Shown here: positions 49,202 through 59,222 of the stretch, in pieces
Numbering within the stretch: the stretch's first letter is position 1
Layout: each line of letters begins with the position of its first letter
IMG/VR virus record: IMGVR_UViG_3300046522_000750
Source: a virus
Taxonomy: Duplodnaviria; Heunggongvirae; Uroviricota; Caudoviricetes
Direction: 5' to 3' (one strand)
Length of the DNA: 64,000 bases
The notes under the pieces: generated by a model
The model's database searches: none
What the model saw: only the letters and a program-made list of their open reading frames with translations
What the model was told of the DNA's origin: nothing
Position numbers and translations under genes: made by a program

Positions 49202-50083
49202 TCACAGGCCCAGAGCGTCTTCGAGCACTGCACCTTTCAATTCATTGTCTCTGCTTAAGTATGGCCTCAGAGCTTCGGGCGGGTACATCTCGATGAGCAG
49301 TTTTTTGAGCCTCCGGCCCCGCATCAGGGGAACCACCTGATCCATCGGGTGGGTCATTAGGTAGGCCATATGAAGGCTTTCTCCGTTACTGTCAGGCCTA
49401 CATTGGGAAATCCAGTGCATGCCTTCTTCAAGGGAGGTTGGTCTAGGGCCGGGTAGTTCTGATTTAGAAAGACGCTGGGGCCACTCACCTTCTGCAATTT
49501 GATCGGCCAGAAGGTCTAGCCGGCCATGGGCCCGGATCCTGTCATAGTCCTCCCCGTTCAGCAGGATACTCCTTCGCCTATCAGCCGGCAGATCTGGTGT
49601 ATCCAGCGCGAAATCCATGTTTATGCAACACCTTGTCAACTCGCCAGGCGCCAAGTGGTCTCTGAACCACGGAAACTCACGAGCAATCAAATGCACCTTG
49701 TTAGTGCTGTTCCAAGCCAGGTGTTGAGCCGCCAAGTCCCTATAATGAGGATCAAGGGATGAGAGGTTTTTGTAGTTCTTCCTCATGCAACTGAGGCCAA
49801 CGCTTGCATAATTGTTGTCTTTTCTAAGATCAATATGACCCAAAATGTTGACACCCGCATCCGATGCGGCCATCAGGAGCTCTTGAGTAAAAAGCTCAGC
49901 AGGAACTTGGCAGAACAAGCGCTCAATGGACTGCCTGCTTGGCGCTGTTGCCATGCAATTGAACCACTTCAACGCCAACACTGCGCTCTGCAAGGGCTGT
50001 GGTATTTCATTGAAATGAGTGATCAGTCCATTGCTGATAGCAATTTCGACATCATGTGCATCATGATATTTTTCGCTCATCAC
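49202..50083 (-). CDS. LGL-tail family A paralog A18 (293 aa)
   Basis: Tail KGAVLEDALGL; ATGA overlap with A19. Confidence 0.85.
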   Translation of the reverse strand: MMSEKYHDAHDVEIAISNGLITHFNEIPQPLQSAVLALKWFNCMATAPSRQSIERLFCQVPAELFTQELLMAASDAGVNILGHIDLRKDNNYASVGLSCMRKNYKNLSSLDPHYRDLAAQHLAWNSTNKVHLIAREFPWFRDHLAPGELTRCCINMDFALDTPDLPADRRRSILLNGEDYDRIRAHGRLDLLADQIAEGEWPQRLSKSELPGPRPTSLEEGMHWISQCRPDSNGESLHMAYLMTHPMDQVVPLMRGRRLKKLLIEMYPPEALRPYLSRDNELKGAVLEDALGL

Positions 50084-50970
50084 AGTCCCAGCGCCTCCTC
50101 AAGCCTGGCACCGCGAAGCGCCCTGTATTTCCTGGTGTACGGAGCAAGCGTTTCTTCTGAGTACATCTCCAGAACCAGATTTCCCAGCTTTTGCTCGCAC
50201 ATCAACGGAACCACCTGATCCATTGGCTGGGTCAAGAGGTAGCCCATATAGAGGCTTTCAACCACCTTGTCAGGCTGACACAGAGGAATCCACTTCACTG
50301 CATCTTCAAGGGACGTTGGTCTTGGGCTTGATAATTGAAAACCTGCAATCCTCTTGGGCCACCAGCCGGCTGCTATTTGATCGGCCAAAACGTCTAGCCG
50401 GCCACGGGCCCGGATGGTGTCCAGGCCCTCCCCATCCATCAGGATTCTTCTTCGAATACCCTCTGGCAGGTAGGTACTGTCCAAGAGAAAATCAATGTTG
50501 ACGCAGCACCTTTCGAGTTCGCTGGATGGCATGCCCTCTCTGAACCACGGAAACTCACGGGCAATCAAGTGCACGTTGTGCACGCTGTTCCACGCCAAGT
50601 GCTCAATGGCCAGGTGTCTGTAACTCGGATCAAGAGCTGAGAGATTTTTGTAGTTCTTCCTCATGCACCGCAGACCGGCGCTTTGGTGCTCATTGTCTTT
50701 TCCAAGGTCGATATGACCCAGGATATTGCCACCCGTATTGGAAGCTGCCACGAGAAGCCTGCCTGACCGAAGCGCCTGCGGCACTTGGCTGAACCAGTTC
50801 TCATAGTCCTTCTCACCAGGTTCTGACACCAGGGACAGAAACCACTCAAAGGCTATATCTTCGCTCTGCAGGTGCTTTGGAATGTCGTCAAAGCGGCGGA
50901 CGAGGGCATTGCTGATGGCGACGTTCACATCATGGATGTCTTCGAATTGTGCTTGCATTGAATTCGTCAT
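50080..50970 (-). CDS. LGL-tail family A paralog A19 (296 aa)
   Basis: Tail RGARLEEALGL; ATGA junctions. Confidence 0.85.
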   Translation of the reverse strand: MTNSMQAQFEDIHDVNVAISNALVRRFDDIPKHLQSEDIAFEWFLSLVSEPGEKDYENWFSQVPQALRSGRLLVAASNTGGNILGHIDLGKDNEHQSAGLRCMRKNYKNLSALDPSYRHLAIEHLAWNSVHNVHLIAREFPWFREGMPSSELERCCVNIDFLLDSTYLPEGIRRRILMDGEGLDTIRARGRLDVLADQIAAGWWPKRIAGFQLSSPRPTSLEDAVKWIPLCQPDKVVESLYMGYLLTQPMDQVVPLMCEQKLGNLVLEMYSEETLAPYTRKYRALRGARLEEALGL

Positions 50971-51842
50971 AGTCCCAGCGAATCCTCAAGCCTTGCACCG
51001 CGCAGATCCCTGTATTTCTTCATGTAGGGAGTCAGCGCCTCCTTGGTGTACATCTCCAAAACCAGCTTGTGCAGTTTGCGTTCGCACATCAAAGGGATCA
51101 CGTCATCCATTCGATACGTCATGACATAGGCCATGTACAGCGCTTGCCGGGCATTATTTTCCGATGCCCCTGAAACACAATAAATACCGTCTTCAAGGGT
51201 GTTAGGTCTTCCGCCAGGATAGCCGAAGCCAGATAGCCTCTCTGGCCATTTACCTACCCCAATCTGGCCTACCAGAACATCTAGCCGGCCAACGGCCCGG
51301 ATTATTTCAAAGCCATCCCCATTTAATAGGATCTGCTTGCCAATGCCATCAGGAAGAACCTTGTAACCCATAGCAAAATCAATATTGGCGCAGCAATGTC
51401 TGGACGCGTCATCTGTCAGATGATCTCTAATCCACGGAAAGGCTTTTGCAATCAAGTGCATCTCTCGCAGGTTATTCCAGGCCAGATGCTCAGCAAACTG
51501 AGACCGGTATTTTTCGTCCAGAGAGGCAAGGTGCTTGTAGTTGATCCTCACACTGGTGAACCCAAGTTCCTGGCAGAATTTATCCTCTGGATCGATAAAC
51601 TGCAGGACGTTGCACCCTAAATTAGTGAGTGTTAGTAAAAATTTAGGGCTCCAGAATTCAGCCGGAACTTCAGCCATGCAGGTTTCTAGCGGCTTATTTT
51701 TCACCGGGTGCATGGAGATGCACCACTCCTGGGCCACCTCCGCGCTTTGAAGGTGAGCCGGGATCTCTGCAAAACTGTGGATCAGTTTATTGGCGATGGC
51801 GACGTTCACGTCGTGCACGTCATGGAATTCGTGATTGATCAC
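50967..51842 (-). CDS. LGL-tail family A paralog A20 (291 aa)
   Basis: Tail RGARLEDSLGL; ATGA junctions. Confidence 0.85.
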   Translation of the reverse strand: MINHEFHDVHDVNVAIANKLIHSFAEIPAHLQSAEVAQEWCISMHPVKNKPLETCMAEVPAEFWSPKFLLTLTNLGCNVLQFIDPEDKFCQELGFTSVRINYKHLASLDEKYRSQFAEHLAWNNLREMHLIAKAFPWIRDHLTDDASRHCCANIDFAMGYKVLPDGIGKQILLNGDGFEIIRAVGRLDVLVGQIGVGKWPERLSGFGYPGGRPNTLEDGIYCVSGASENNARQALYMAYVMTYRMDDVIPLMCERKLHKLVLEMYTKEALTPYMKKYRDLRGARLEDSLGL

Positions 51843-52717
51843 AGCCCCATGTCCTCTTCAAGAAAATGGCCACGTAGATTTCGGTCTGAACCCGAATGCT
51901 GGCGCAAGACTTCAGCCGTATAGAGGGTGTAAAGAACCTCTCGCCTTGCCGGCGTCTTCATGGCCGCGATCACCTGTTCAACGGGGAATGAAAAAATGTA
52001 GGCCTTGAGCAGATAGTGCATCGGCGTCATTTTCTCCACTCGCATGAACCGAGTGACGCCATCGGCCAGGCTCTTCAAAGGTTGGTACTGTAATTGTTTC
52101 TTAGACTCCGGCCACTCCCCTTCGACGAGCATTCGGGTCAGGTAATTCAGGCTACCGATTGTGTTCACGTGGACGTATTCATCCGGATGGGTTTTCAAGA
52201 GTTCCTTGACGATATCCCAGGACACATTTTCGAAACCAACACTCACGGCGAACCAGAAATCATTGGAGGATATCTGATCGATGTGCTGCTGATTGAGCAT
52301 GGGCTTGACCCATGCCATGAACGGCTGCTCGAAGTCGAACATCACCTGGTTTTCGATGAGGGCATCCAGTACAGCCTCCGTTCTGTAGCTTTCATGGATG
52401 TAAGCAAAAGCCTCGCTGGATTTGTTCGCTGCACGCAGGACGATGCCCAGATAGTTGTCGGCCTGAGTCGGATCGATATCCCCCAAAACGGAGACCCGAA
52501 GATCCACGGCCTTGATCAAAAGCTTGTCGGTGATGAGCTCGCTGGGGATTTGCTTTAACAAAAGCGATGGAGCGACACCCAACTTTTTGGACGCCGTCTC
52601 CATCCACAGCATGGCTACGTCTGTACTCAAGAACTCTTGAGGAACGGCCCCAAAGTCCCTGAATAGATCTGGTATGGTCTCCAGGTCGTGATAGAACCGC
52701 CTTTGTGATGCCTTCAT
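51839..52717 (-). CDS. LGL-tail family A paralog A21 (292 aa)
   Basis: Tail RGHFLEEDMGL. Confidence 0.85.
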   Translation of the reverse strand: MKASQRRFYHDLETIPDLFRDFGAVPQEFLSTDVAMLWMETASKKLGVAPSLLLKQIPSELITDKLLIKAVDLRVSVLGDIDPTQADNYLGIVLRAANKSSEAFAYIHESYRTEAVLDALIENQVMFDFEQPFMAWVKPMLNQQHIDQISSNDFWFAVSVGFENVSWDIVKELLKTHPDEYVHVNTIGSLNYLTRMLVEGEWPESKKQLQYQPLKSLADGVTRFMRVEKMTPMHYLLKAYIFSFPVEQVIAAMKTPARREVLYTLYTAEVLRQHSGSDRNLRGHFLEEDMGL

Positions 52718-52853
52718 CTCCCCGCTTCCCTCTGACGAACCTCTGGCCTCAAAAGCGGTGAGCCGTTGAGTGCGTTACAGAACCTCAATTATGGCGGATG
52801 AGTTCGGGGTCGGTACACAAGAGCTTAAAGCTCCGGGGGAAAAGCTTTTTTGC

Positions 52854-53765
52854 CTACAAACCCAACGTTTCTTCAAGCAGTGCGCCACGCAGGTTCCTGT
52901 TGAGGTGCATGTAAGGACGCAGCTCCTCCGTGCCGTACATCTCCAAGAGTACCTTGAGCTTTTCCGGCGTCTGCATGGCCGCGACAACCTCCTTGATGGG
53001 GTAGGTCATGACGTATGCTTTATACATGTAGAAGTATTCAGTGCGGTAAGTGCTTTGGTAGACAGGATTAGAGCCAATCATCATGCGCAAAATGCCGTCC
53101 GCCAGTGTTTTAGACCTCACCGGCAAGTAGCTGTCATTTGGATCAACCACAGGCCACTCACCTTCAGCCAACATCCTGGTAAGGAAGTGCAGTTGATTCT
53201 GGCCATCGAGGAACTGATAAAAGGCGCAGCTATGTTTCAGCAAGGTTTTGAGGGCGCCCCACTCCATTTTTTCCAGGCCAATGCGTGAGGCAAAGAGGAA
53301 GTTTGTAGCAGACACCCTGTCGATGCGCTCCTGGGTCATCAAGTCCCTGATCCATTTCAAATGCGGGTCAACGGTATGGATTTTCAGGTTCTCGTTCGCA
53401 TGCAGAATAATTTCGTCCAGCGTGGCCTCGGTTTGGTAGCTTGGGTCGATGTAGTGGTAGCCGCGTTTTGATCGCCTGACTGAGTGCAGCACCAAAGACA
53501 GATAGTCCTCAGCCATGTCTGGCTTAATGCAGCCCAAGGCGTCGTATTGCATATCGATGGCCTTTAGCAGCAGAGCATCGTTGATCAAATGGCGTGGTAT
53601 ATGGGCCAGAGATTCCTCCGCATGGAGACCCATCCTCAATTGCCGCATGGTCATCCACGTCATCACGAGCTCAGTGTCCAGAAGATGCTCTGGAATCAGG
53701 TCAAAACTTAGGAGAATGTCCCTGCCGGTGTGCATTTCGTTCAGCACGTCGTGCTTGGTTCTCAT
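52854..53765 (-). CDS. LGL-tail family A paralog A22 (303 aa)
   Basis: Tail RGALLEETLGL; preceded by the largest intra-array gap (136 nt). Confidence 0.85.
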   Translation of the reverse strand: MRTKHDVLNEMHTGRDILLSFDLIPEHLLDTELVMTWMTMRQLRMGLHAEESLAHIPRHLINDALLLKAIDMQYDALGCIKPDMAEDYLSLVLHSVRRSKRGYHYIDPSYQTEATLDEIILHANENLKIHTVDPHLKWIRDLMTQERIDRVSATNFLFASRIGLEKMEWGALKTLLKHSCAFYQFLDGQNQLHFLTRMLAEGEWPVVDPNDSYLPVRSKTLADGILRMMIGSNPVYQSTYRTEYFYMYKAYVMTYPIKEVVAAMQTPEKLKVLLEMYGTEELRPYMHLNRNLRGALLEETLGL

Positions 53766-53780
53766 CAGCGAAATCCTTTT

Positions 53781-54686
53781 CTAGAAACCCATAGCGTCAT
53801 CGAGAAGCACTGCCTTCAGGCCATTGTCCTGTTTCATGTGTAGTCGAAGCTCCGCATGTGAATACATCTCGATCAGGAGTTTTTTTAGGCGACTGCCACT
53901 CATGGCCGCAATTACCTCTTCGATGGGGAATCTCATGATGCAGGCCATGTACACGGTTTCGTAGGGCGTGCCTGGGTCTGACTTTTCCAGTATGCCCAGC
54001 AGCGCCTCCATCGATTCAGGCTCTCTCGGCATCATCGTTGATCCAGACTGGGGGAACGGCCACTTGCCCTCTTTCAGTTTCAAGGACATCACATCAAGAC
54101 GTCCTCGGAGGCGGATGTAGGTAATCTCATGGCCAGTTAGCTTACCCAGGTGCAGGTATCGACTGATATCCCCCTTGATCCGATGCGCTGGCGCATCCAA
54201 AGCAACCATGAAGTCATCTTCGCAACACCTGTCGAACTGATCATCCGTCATGGCGTCTACCAGCCAATCCACATGCCTCATCAACGAATGTATTTCACCT
54301 GGAAATCGCTTGAGGATGTACTCGAGCATTTCTTCATCACGAAACGCAGGCGACACCTCTTTAAGGCTCAGCCTGCTCGCGCTCACCGCAGCAACGGCCA
54401 GTTCACGATAATTCCCGGTGTCTTCTGGATGAGTGTCTTTTAAGACCCTGCATCCAAGGGTTGCAGCAATCCTTAAAAACTTATCCGTGCGACACTTCAC
54501 AGGGACTTCTGCATAATACGGATCAGGACTGGCCATCCCATAACTCAAGATCGTTGAAAGCCAGGATGAGGCGCTTTCGCCATTTTGGAGGTGTTCAGGG
54601 ATATCGCAAAATCTGAGAACCTTCCTCGCGCCTATCGCCTCAAAAACTTGCTCAAAGGTGCTCGATTCATCCAAAAAATCGCTCAT
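53781..54686 (-). CDS. LGL-tail family A paralog A23 (301 aa; tail ends GF)
   Basis: Tail KAVLLDDAMGF, the only member ending in Phe. Confidence 0.85.
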   Translation of the reverse strand: MSDFLDESSTFEQVFEAIGARKVLRFCDIPEHLQNGESASSWLSTILSYGMASPDPYYAEVPVKCRTDKFLRIAATLGCRVLKDTHPEDTGNYRELAVAAVSASRLSLKEVSPAFRDEEMLEYILKRFPGEIHSLMRHVDWLVDAMTDDQFDRCCEDDFMVALDAPAHRIKGDISRYLHLGKLTGHEITYIRLRGRLDVMSLKLKEGKWPFPQSGSTMMPREPESMEALLGILEKSDPGTPYETVYMACIMRFPIEEVIAAMSGSRLKKLLIEMYSHAELRLHMKQDNGLKAVLLDDAMGF

Positions 54687-55579
54687 AGCCCCATGGCCTC
54701 TTCCAGCATGGCTCCACGAAGGCTTAAGCTGGATTTCACGAATGGCTGCAGCGCCTCTGAGGGATACATCTCGAACAGGAGCTTCCCGAGCCCGTTGCTC
54801 GCCATCAAGAACACCACCTGATCAATTGGCTCGCGCATCATGCACGCCATAAATACAGCCTCCTTTGCAGACTCTGGCTCGCAATGCTGCAACAAGGTCA
54901 GCAGATTCGCCGTCGTGCCAGGATCCTTGGGTATATCGCTGTACTTGTGAAAAGGCCACGGCTTCTGTTTTAACTTTTCCGACATAAGATAAAGCAGACC
55001 ACGCTCGCGAATGGTGCAGATGTTGCCGTCGTGGAGTTTTTTCATGTCCAGGTAACGACCTATATCACCACCAACCCTGCTCACTGGCGCATCCAGGGCC
55101 AGCATGAAATCCAGCTGGCAAGACCGGTGAAGAAGGTCATCAGATATCGCATCGAGAAACCAATCATGCTTGGCAGCCCATCTGCGCATCTTCATAGGGT
55201 ATTTGGAGAAGACGAATTCCATCATCTCTTCATCCCTGAACGCAGGGTCAATATCCTCGAGGCCATCACGGGTGTGAGTAATGGCAAGGCACGCCAGCTC
55301 ACGATAGATCGCCGTCTGATCAGGCTTAAGGCTTTTTAAAACCAATCCGCCGAATTCTGCAGCCACCCTCAAAAAATCATCCGTTCGAAAGATCTCAGGA
55401 ACTTCGGTGTATTGCAGGCCATAGTCATTAACCAAGAGCCTGGGTGTGTTTTTAATCCAGTAAATTGCCATCTCGCTGGAGTGGAAGCACTCTGGAATAT
55501 CCGCGAAAGCGGTAGCCTCTCCATCATGGATGGCTTGGTTAACTTCCTCCCGCGTGCTTGATGCAGAAAGCTTGCTCAC
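54683..55579 (-). CDS. LGL-tail family A paralog A24 (298 aa)
   Basis: Tail RGAMLEEAMGL; ATGA junctions. Confidence 0.85.
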   Translation of the reverse strand: MSKLSASSTREEVNQAIHDGEATAFADIPECFHSSEMAIYWIKNTPRLLVNDYGLQYTEVPEIFRTDDFLRVAAEFGGLVLKSLKPDQTAIYRELACLAITHTRDGLEDIDPAFRDEEMMEFVFSKYPMKMRRWAAKHDWFLDAISDDLLHRSCQLDFMLALDAPVSRVGGDIGRYLDMKKLHDGNICTIRERGLLYLMSEKLKQKPWPFHKYSDIPKDPGTTANLLTLLQHCEPESAKEAVFMACMMREPIDQVVFLMASNGLGKLLFEMYPSEALQPFVKSSLSLRGAMLEEAMGL

Positions 55580-56481
55580 AATCCCAATGCCTCTTCCAAA
55601 ATTAAGCCTTTTAGGCCAGCGTCTGCCTTCAAGAAAGGGGACAAATCCTTAAATGAGTACATCTCAAGCAAGAGCCTCTTCAGTCGAATACCGGTCATCA
55701 GAGGCACCACCTGATCAATCGGCTCGCGCATCAGGCACGCCATGTAGATGGTTTCATAGGGCGTGTCAGGATCTGACTTTTCCAGCTTGCCCATCAGATC
55801 CTCCATCGATTCAGGCTCTTTTGGCATTATGTATTCGCCTGAATGCGGAAACGGCCAAGCCCTCTCTTTTAGCGCCAGCGCAATGAGGTCAAGGCGGCCA
55901 CTTTTGCGGATAAAGACAATCTCATGGCCTGTCAGTTTATTCAGTTCCAAATATTGACCAAGATTGTCCTTGATACGGTGAGCTGGCGCGTCGAAAGCGA
56001 AAAAGAAGCTTGCCCGGCAACACCTGTCGAAAAGACTATCGGACATCGTGTCGAACAGCCAATCAATATGCGCACACAAAAGGCCTATGTCTGCCGGGTA
56101 GCAGCTGTAAATGAAATCAAGCATTTCATCGTCGCGAAACCCATGATCAAGATGATCAAGGACATACCAGTTGAACGCGATGCAGGTTTTCGCAAGCTCG
56201 CGGTAAATCTTGGTCTGCTGAGGCTTTGTGTCTTTGAGGACACAACACCCTTTTGACGCGGCAGCCTTTAGAAACTCATCGGATCTGCACAGCGCTGGCA
56301 CCTGGGAATACAGCCGATTGCGTTGAGAGATTGTTTCCAGAGGCGAGTTCTTTATCGCGTAAATTGCCACTTCGCTGGTTTGCCAGCATTCAGGAATGTC
56401 AGAGAAAAGCTCGAGATCGCCATTATCGATGACCTCAAACACCTCATCTTTTGTGAAGGATTCATGGAGAAAGCTGTTCAT
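55576..56481 (-). CDS. LGL-tail family A paralog A25 (301 aa)
   Basis: Tail KGLILEEALGL; ATGA junctions. Confidence 0.85.
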   Translation of the reverse strand: MNSFLHESFTKDEVFEVIDNGDLELFSDIPECWQTSEVAIYAIKNSPLETISQRNRLYSQVPALCRSDEFLKAAASKGCCVLKDTKPQQTKIYRELAKTCIAFNWYVLDHLDHGFRDDEMLDFIYSCYPADIGLLCAHIDWLFDTMSDSLFDRCCRASFFFAFDAPAHRIKDNLGQYLELNKLTGHEIVFIRKSGRLDLIALALKERAWPFPHSGEYIMPKEPESMEDLMGKLEKSDPDTPYETIYMACLMREPIDQVVPLMTGIRLKRLLLEMYSFKDLSPFLKADAGLKGLILEEALGL

Positions 56482-57368
56482 AATCCCAAGGCACCTTCGA
56501 GCATCGCGCCTCTTAGGCCAACGTCAATTTTCACGAAAGGCTCCAGCGCCTCTCGTGGATACATCTCGATCAGGAGCTTCTTCAGTCGACTCCCCTCCAT
56601 CGCTGGCACCACGTTTTCAATCGGATGGGTCATGACGTAGGCAAGCAGGATGGTTTCACCGTGTAGGTCGAGCGGAACCTCTCCCTTTAACTTGCGAACG
56701 GCCTCATCGAGTGACTTGGGTCTTGCCTGGTCATGGTTACGAAACCAATTTCCTCTGCGCACCTGTTCGGCTAGCGAATCAAGCCTGCCACAATCACGAA
56801 TTATCTTGGTGTGAACCTTTTGCGTTGAGAGTGCGGTCAAGTCCATGTATCGGTAAAGCGGTTCTCGAAGCCGTTCCTGAGGAGCGATCAGCGCAAATAG
56901 AGAATTATCGACAGCACTTTTGTTCAGCAGATCATCGGACATGAGATCGAAGACCCAGTCGCACGACTGAGCAACCAGGTTCATAGAGTCAGGCCAGCAC
57001 GACTGTACGTATTCGAGCATCTGCAGATCACGAAAGCTAGGGTGTAGATCGATAATCGCTGTGGGATCTCTCCCGATGGCCGAAAAGGCCAGGGATCGAT
57101 ATTGGGCAAACTGTTCTGGCGTTGCATGCTTGAGTACGGGGTAATTTCTCTTAGCAGCCAGCGTCATTATTTTTAGGGTGCGTAACTCAAGCGGCAAGTC
57201 ATCAAATTGAATATCAAATTCAATCCAATTAAGTCCCTCAAGCCAGTCAAAGACCACCTGCTCAGTCTGGTGATGCTTAGGTATTTCAGCCAATTTCTCA
57301 ATGTCGCCATAGCTAATGGCATCATGCACTTCGTCGAGTGTGCAGGACTCATCAAGTGTTTGCTTCAC
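56478..57368 (-). CDS. LGL-tail family A paralog A26 (296 aa)
   Basis: Tail RGAMLEGALGL; ATGA junctions. Confidence 0.85.
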   Translation of the reverse strand: MKQTLDESCTLDEVHDAISYGDIEKLAEIPKHHQTEQVVFDWLEGLNWIEFDIQFDDLPLELRTLKIMTLAAKRNYPVLKHATPEQFAQYRSLAFSAIGRDPTAIIDLHPSFRDLQMLEYVQSCWPDSMNLVAQSCDWVFDLMSDDLLNKSAVDNSLFALIAPQERLREPLYRYMDLTALSTQKVHTKIIRDCGRLDSLAEQVRRGNWFRNHDQARPKSLDEAVRKLKGEVPLDLHGETILLAYVMTHPIENVVPAMEGSRLKKLLIEMYPREALEPFVKIDVGLRGAMLEGALGL

Positions 57369-58234
57369 AGTCCTAGCGCCCCTTCCAGCATCGCACCCTT
57401 AAGATCCGCATCCGTTTTTGAGAACGGCTTGAGCACCTCTGGCGAATACATCTCAAGCAAAAGGCTTTTCAGGCGATTGCCTTTCATGGCCGGCACCACC
57501 TGCTCAATCGGATAGGTCATCACACAGCTCATGTACAGCGTTTCGATGTACTGACCAGGTGGAGCAAGCTCAACGCGGCTGACCGCATCCAGGAGGGACT
57601 CCGGCTTTGGGAATCTAAGGAATAGATTTTCGCTATCTGGCCAAGCCCCGCGAAAGATCTTGCTGGCAATAAGATCGAGCCGGCCACGCTCCCTGATGGT
57701 GTGAAGATCCCCTTCAAGGTTGAAGTATTCATCGGCATTTTTGGGGAATAGCTTTGGTGGCAAATACAGCAGTAAATTGACGTCTTTGAGGCAGTACTTG
57801 ATTAGCAGCTCCTTGGAAGCCTTCTCACCCACCCACTCAATCTCCCGCAGCAGCAATACTTGATCGCTAACGGTTATCCACATGAAGATTGAATCTATGA
57901 ACTGATCATTTTGGTACAACGGATCCACATCCGCCAAGGCGGTATAGTCATTGTTTACACAGGCGATAACCAACCAGAGATAGTTGGTGACCTGATCGCA
58001 CTTTATGTGATTTAAAACCTGTACACCCTCACATGCCGCGTAAAGCAAAACACGACCGGTGAGCCAGGACTGAGGGATCTGCGCGTAGCGCTCAGCAACC
58101 GATCCTCCTGCCCACCTAATGATGACGTCTTCATCAAGCAGTCCTGCAGGAATGTCTGAGAATGCCAAAGCGTGGTCTGGAAACAGGCATTCCATGAACT
58201 GCTCTTTGGTGAGCGCCGCGAATCGGTTGGTCAC
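57365..58234 (-). CDS. LGL-tail family A paralog A27 (289 aa)
   Basis: Tail KGAMLEGALGL. Confidence 0.85.
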   Translation of the reverse strand: MTNRFAALTKEQFMECLFPDHALAFSDIPAGLLDEDVIIRWAGGSVAERYAQIPQSWLTGRVLLYAACEGVQVLNHIKCDQVTNYLWLVIACVNNDYTALADVDPLYQNDQFIDSIFMWITVSDQVLLLREIEWVGEKASKELLIKYCLKDVNLLLYLPPKLFPKNADEYFNLEGDLHTIRERGRLDLIASKIFRGAWPDSENLFLRFPKPESLLDAVSRVELAPPGQYIETLYMSCVMTYPIEQVVPAMKGNRLKSLLLEMYSPEVLKPFSKTDADLKGAMLEGALGL

Positions 58235-58249
58235 TTCGATTTCCCTGTT

Positions 58250-59122
58250 TTATAGGCCCATGGCGTCTTCAAGCAGCGCGCCTTTGAGCGCCTTGTCGCG
58301 GTTCATGTAGGGCTTGAGCGCCTCGGCAGAATACATTTCGAGCAGAAGCTTTGCGAGTCGATTCCCCTTCATTGCCTTCACAACGTCTTCGAAGGGATAG
58401 AGCATCACATAGCCCATGTACAACGCTTCCGGAGAGAAGCACGGTCGTGTCTCAAGCAGATAACCAATGGCCTCTTCCAGCGATAAAGGCTCAGGATAAT
58501 TGTCCAGCCAACCATCTGTCTCGATCTTCTCAGCAATCAAATCCATGCGGCCTAAACTGCGCAGAATAAGAACTTTTGACGGCTGGAGAAGATTAACGTA
58601 TTCGATAATGTCCTGTCGCAACAGATGAGGCTGAACGTCCAGGGCAAATTTTAAATCGTTCTGGCAACGCTCAACGAAAAGATCGTCGGGTATAGCCGGC
58701 CCGAACCAGTCAATCTCATTCACCAACTGGGCAAGAGTACTGCGGTATCGGCTGCACACGTTCTTGATCAGGGCTTTGTCATTGCGAAACTGTGGGTGAA
58801 CGTCGAGCAATATCCGGTAGTCATGGATACTACAGAGATTCGCCAGCACAGAATAACGCTTGGTCTGCTCTGGACTAATGTCCTTCAGGACGTTTACGCC
58901 CTCGCCCGCAGCAAATTCAAGGATCTCATCTGACCGCCATTGCTGGGGAATTTTCGCGTAATGCACTGCAACGGGGTCGCCGGCACCCTTCAGCCACTGG
59001 AACGCCATATCAGCATCCAGAAACTCTTCAGGGAGCTCTGAGAAATGCTCAATGTCATGCCTGAAGATGGCCTCATACACTTCATTTTTGCTGGAAAATA
59101 GCTGCTTGCTCGACATAGGCAT
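58250..59122 (-). CDS. LGL-tail family A paralog A28 (290 aa)
   Basis: Tail KGALLEDAMGL. Confidence 0.85.
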   Translation of the reverse strand: MPMSSKQLFSSKNEVYEAIFRHDIEHFSELPEEFLDADMAFQWLKGAGDPVAVHYAKIPQQWRSDEILEFAAGEGVNVLKDISPEQTKRYSVLANLCSIHDYRILLDVHPQFRNDKALIKNVCSRYRSTLAQLVNEIDWFGPAIPDDLFVERCQNDLKFALDVQPHLLRQDIIEYVNLLQPSKVLILRSLGRMDLIAEKIETDGWLDNYPEPLSLEEAIGYLLETRPCFSPEALYMGYVMLYPFEDVVKAMKGNRLAKLLLEMYSAEALKPYMNRDKALKGALLEDAMGL

Positions 59123-59222
59123 GATCCGCAGTGCTCAGGCCAGGTGCCTGCTTGTGAGCGGCGCCCCTGGCTCATTGTTGTTCTTGAAGTATGACCTAGG
59201 CACCCAAGCCAGGTACACCGAC

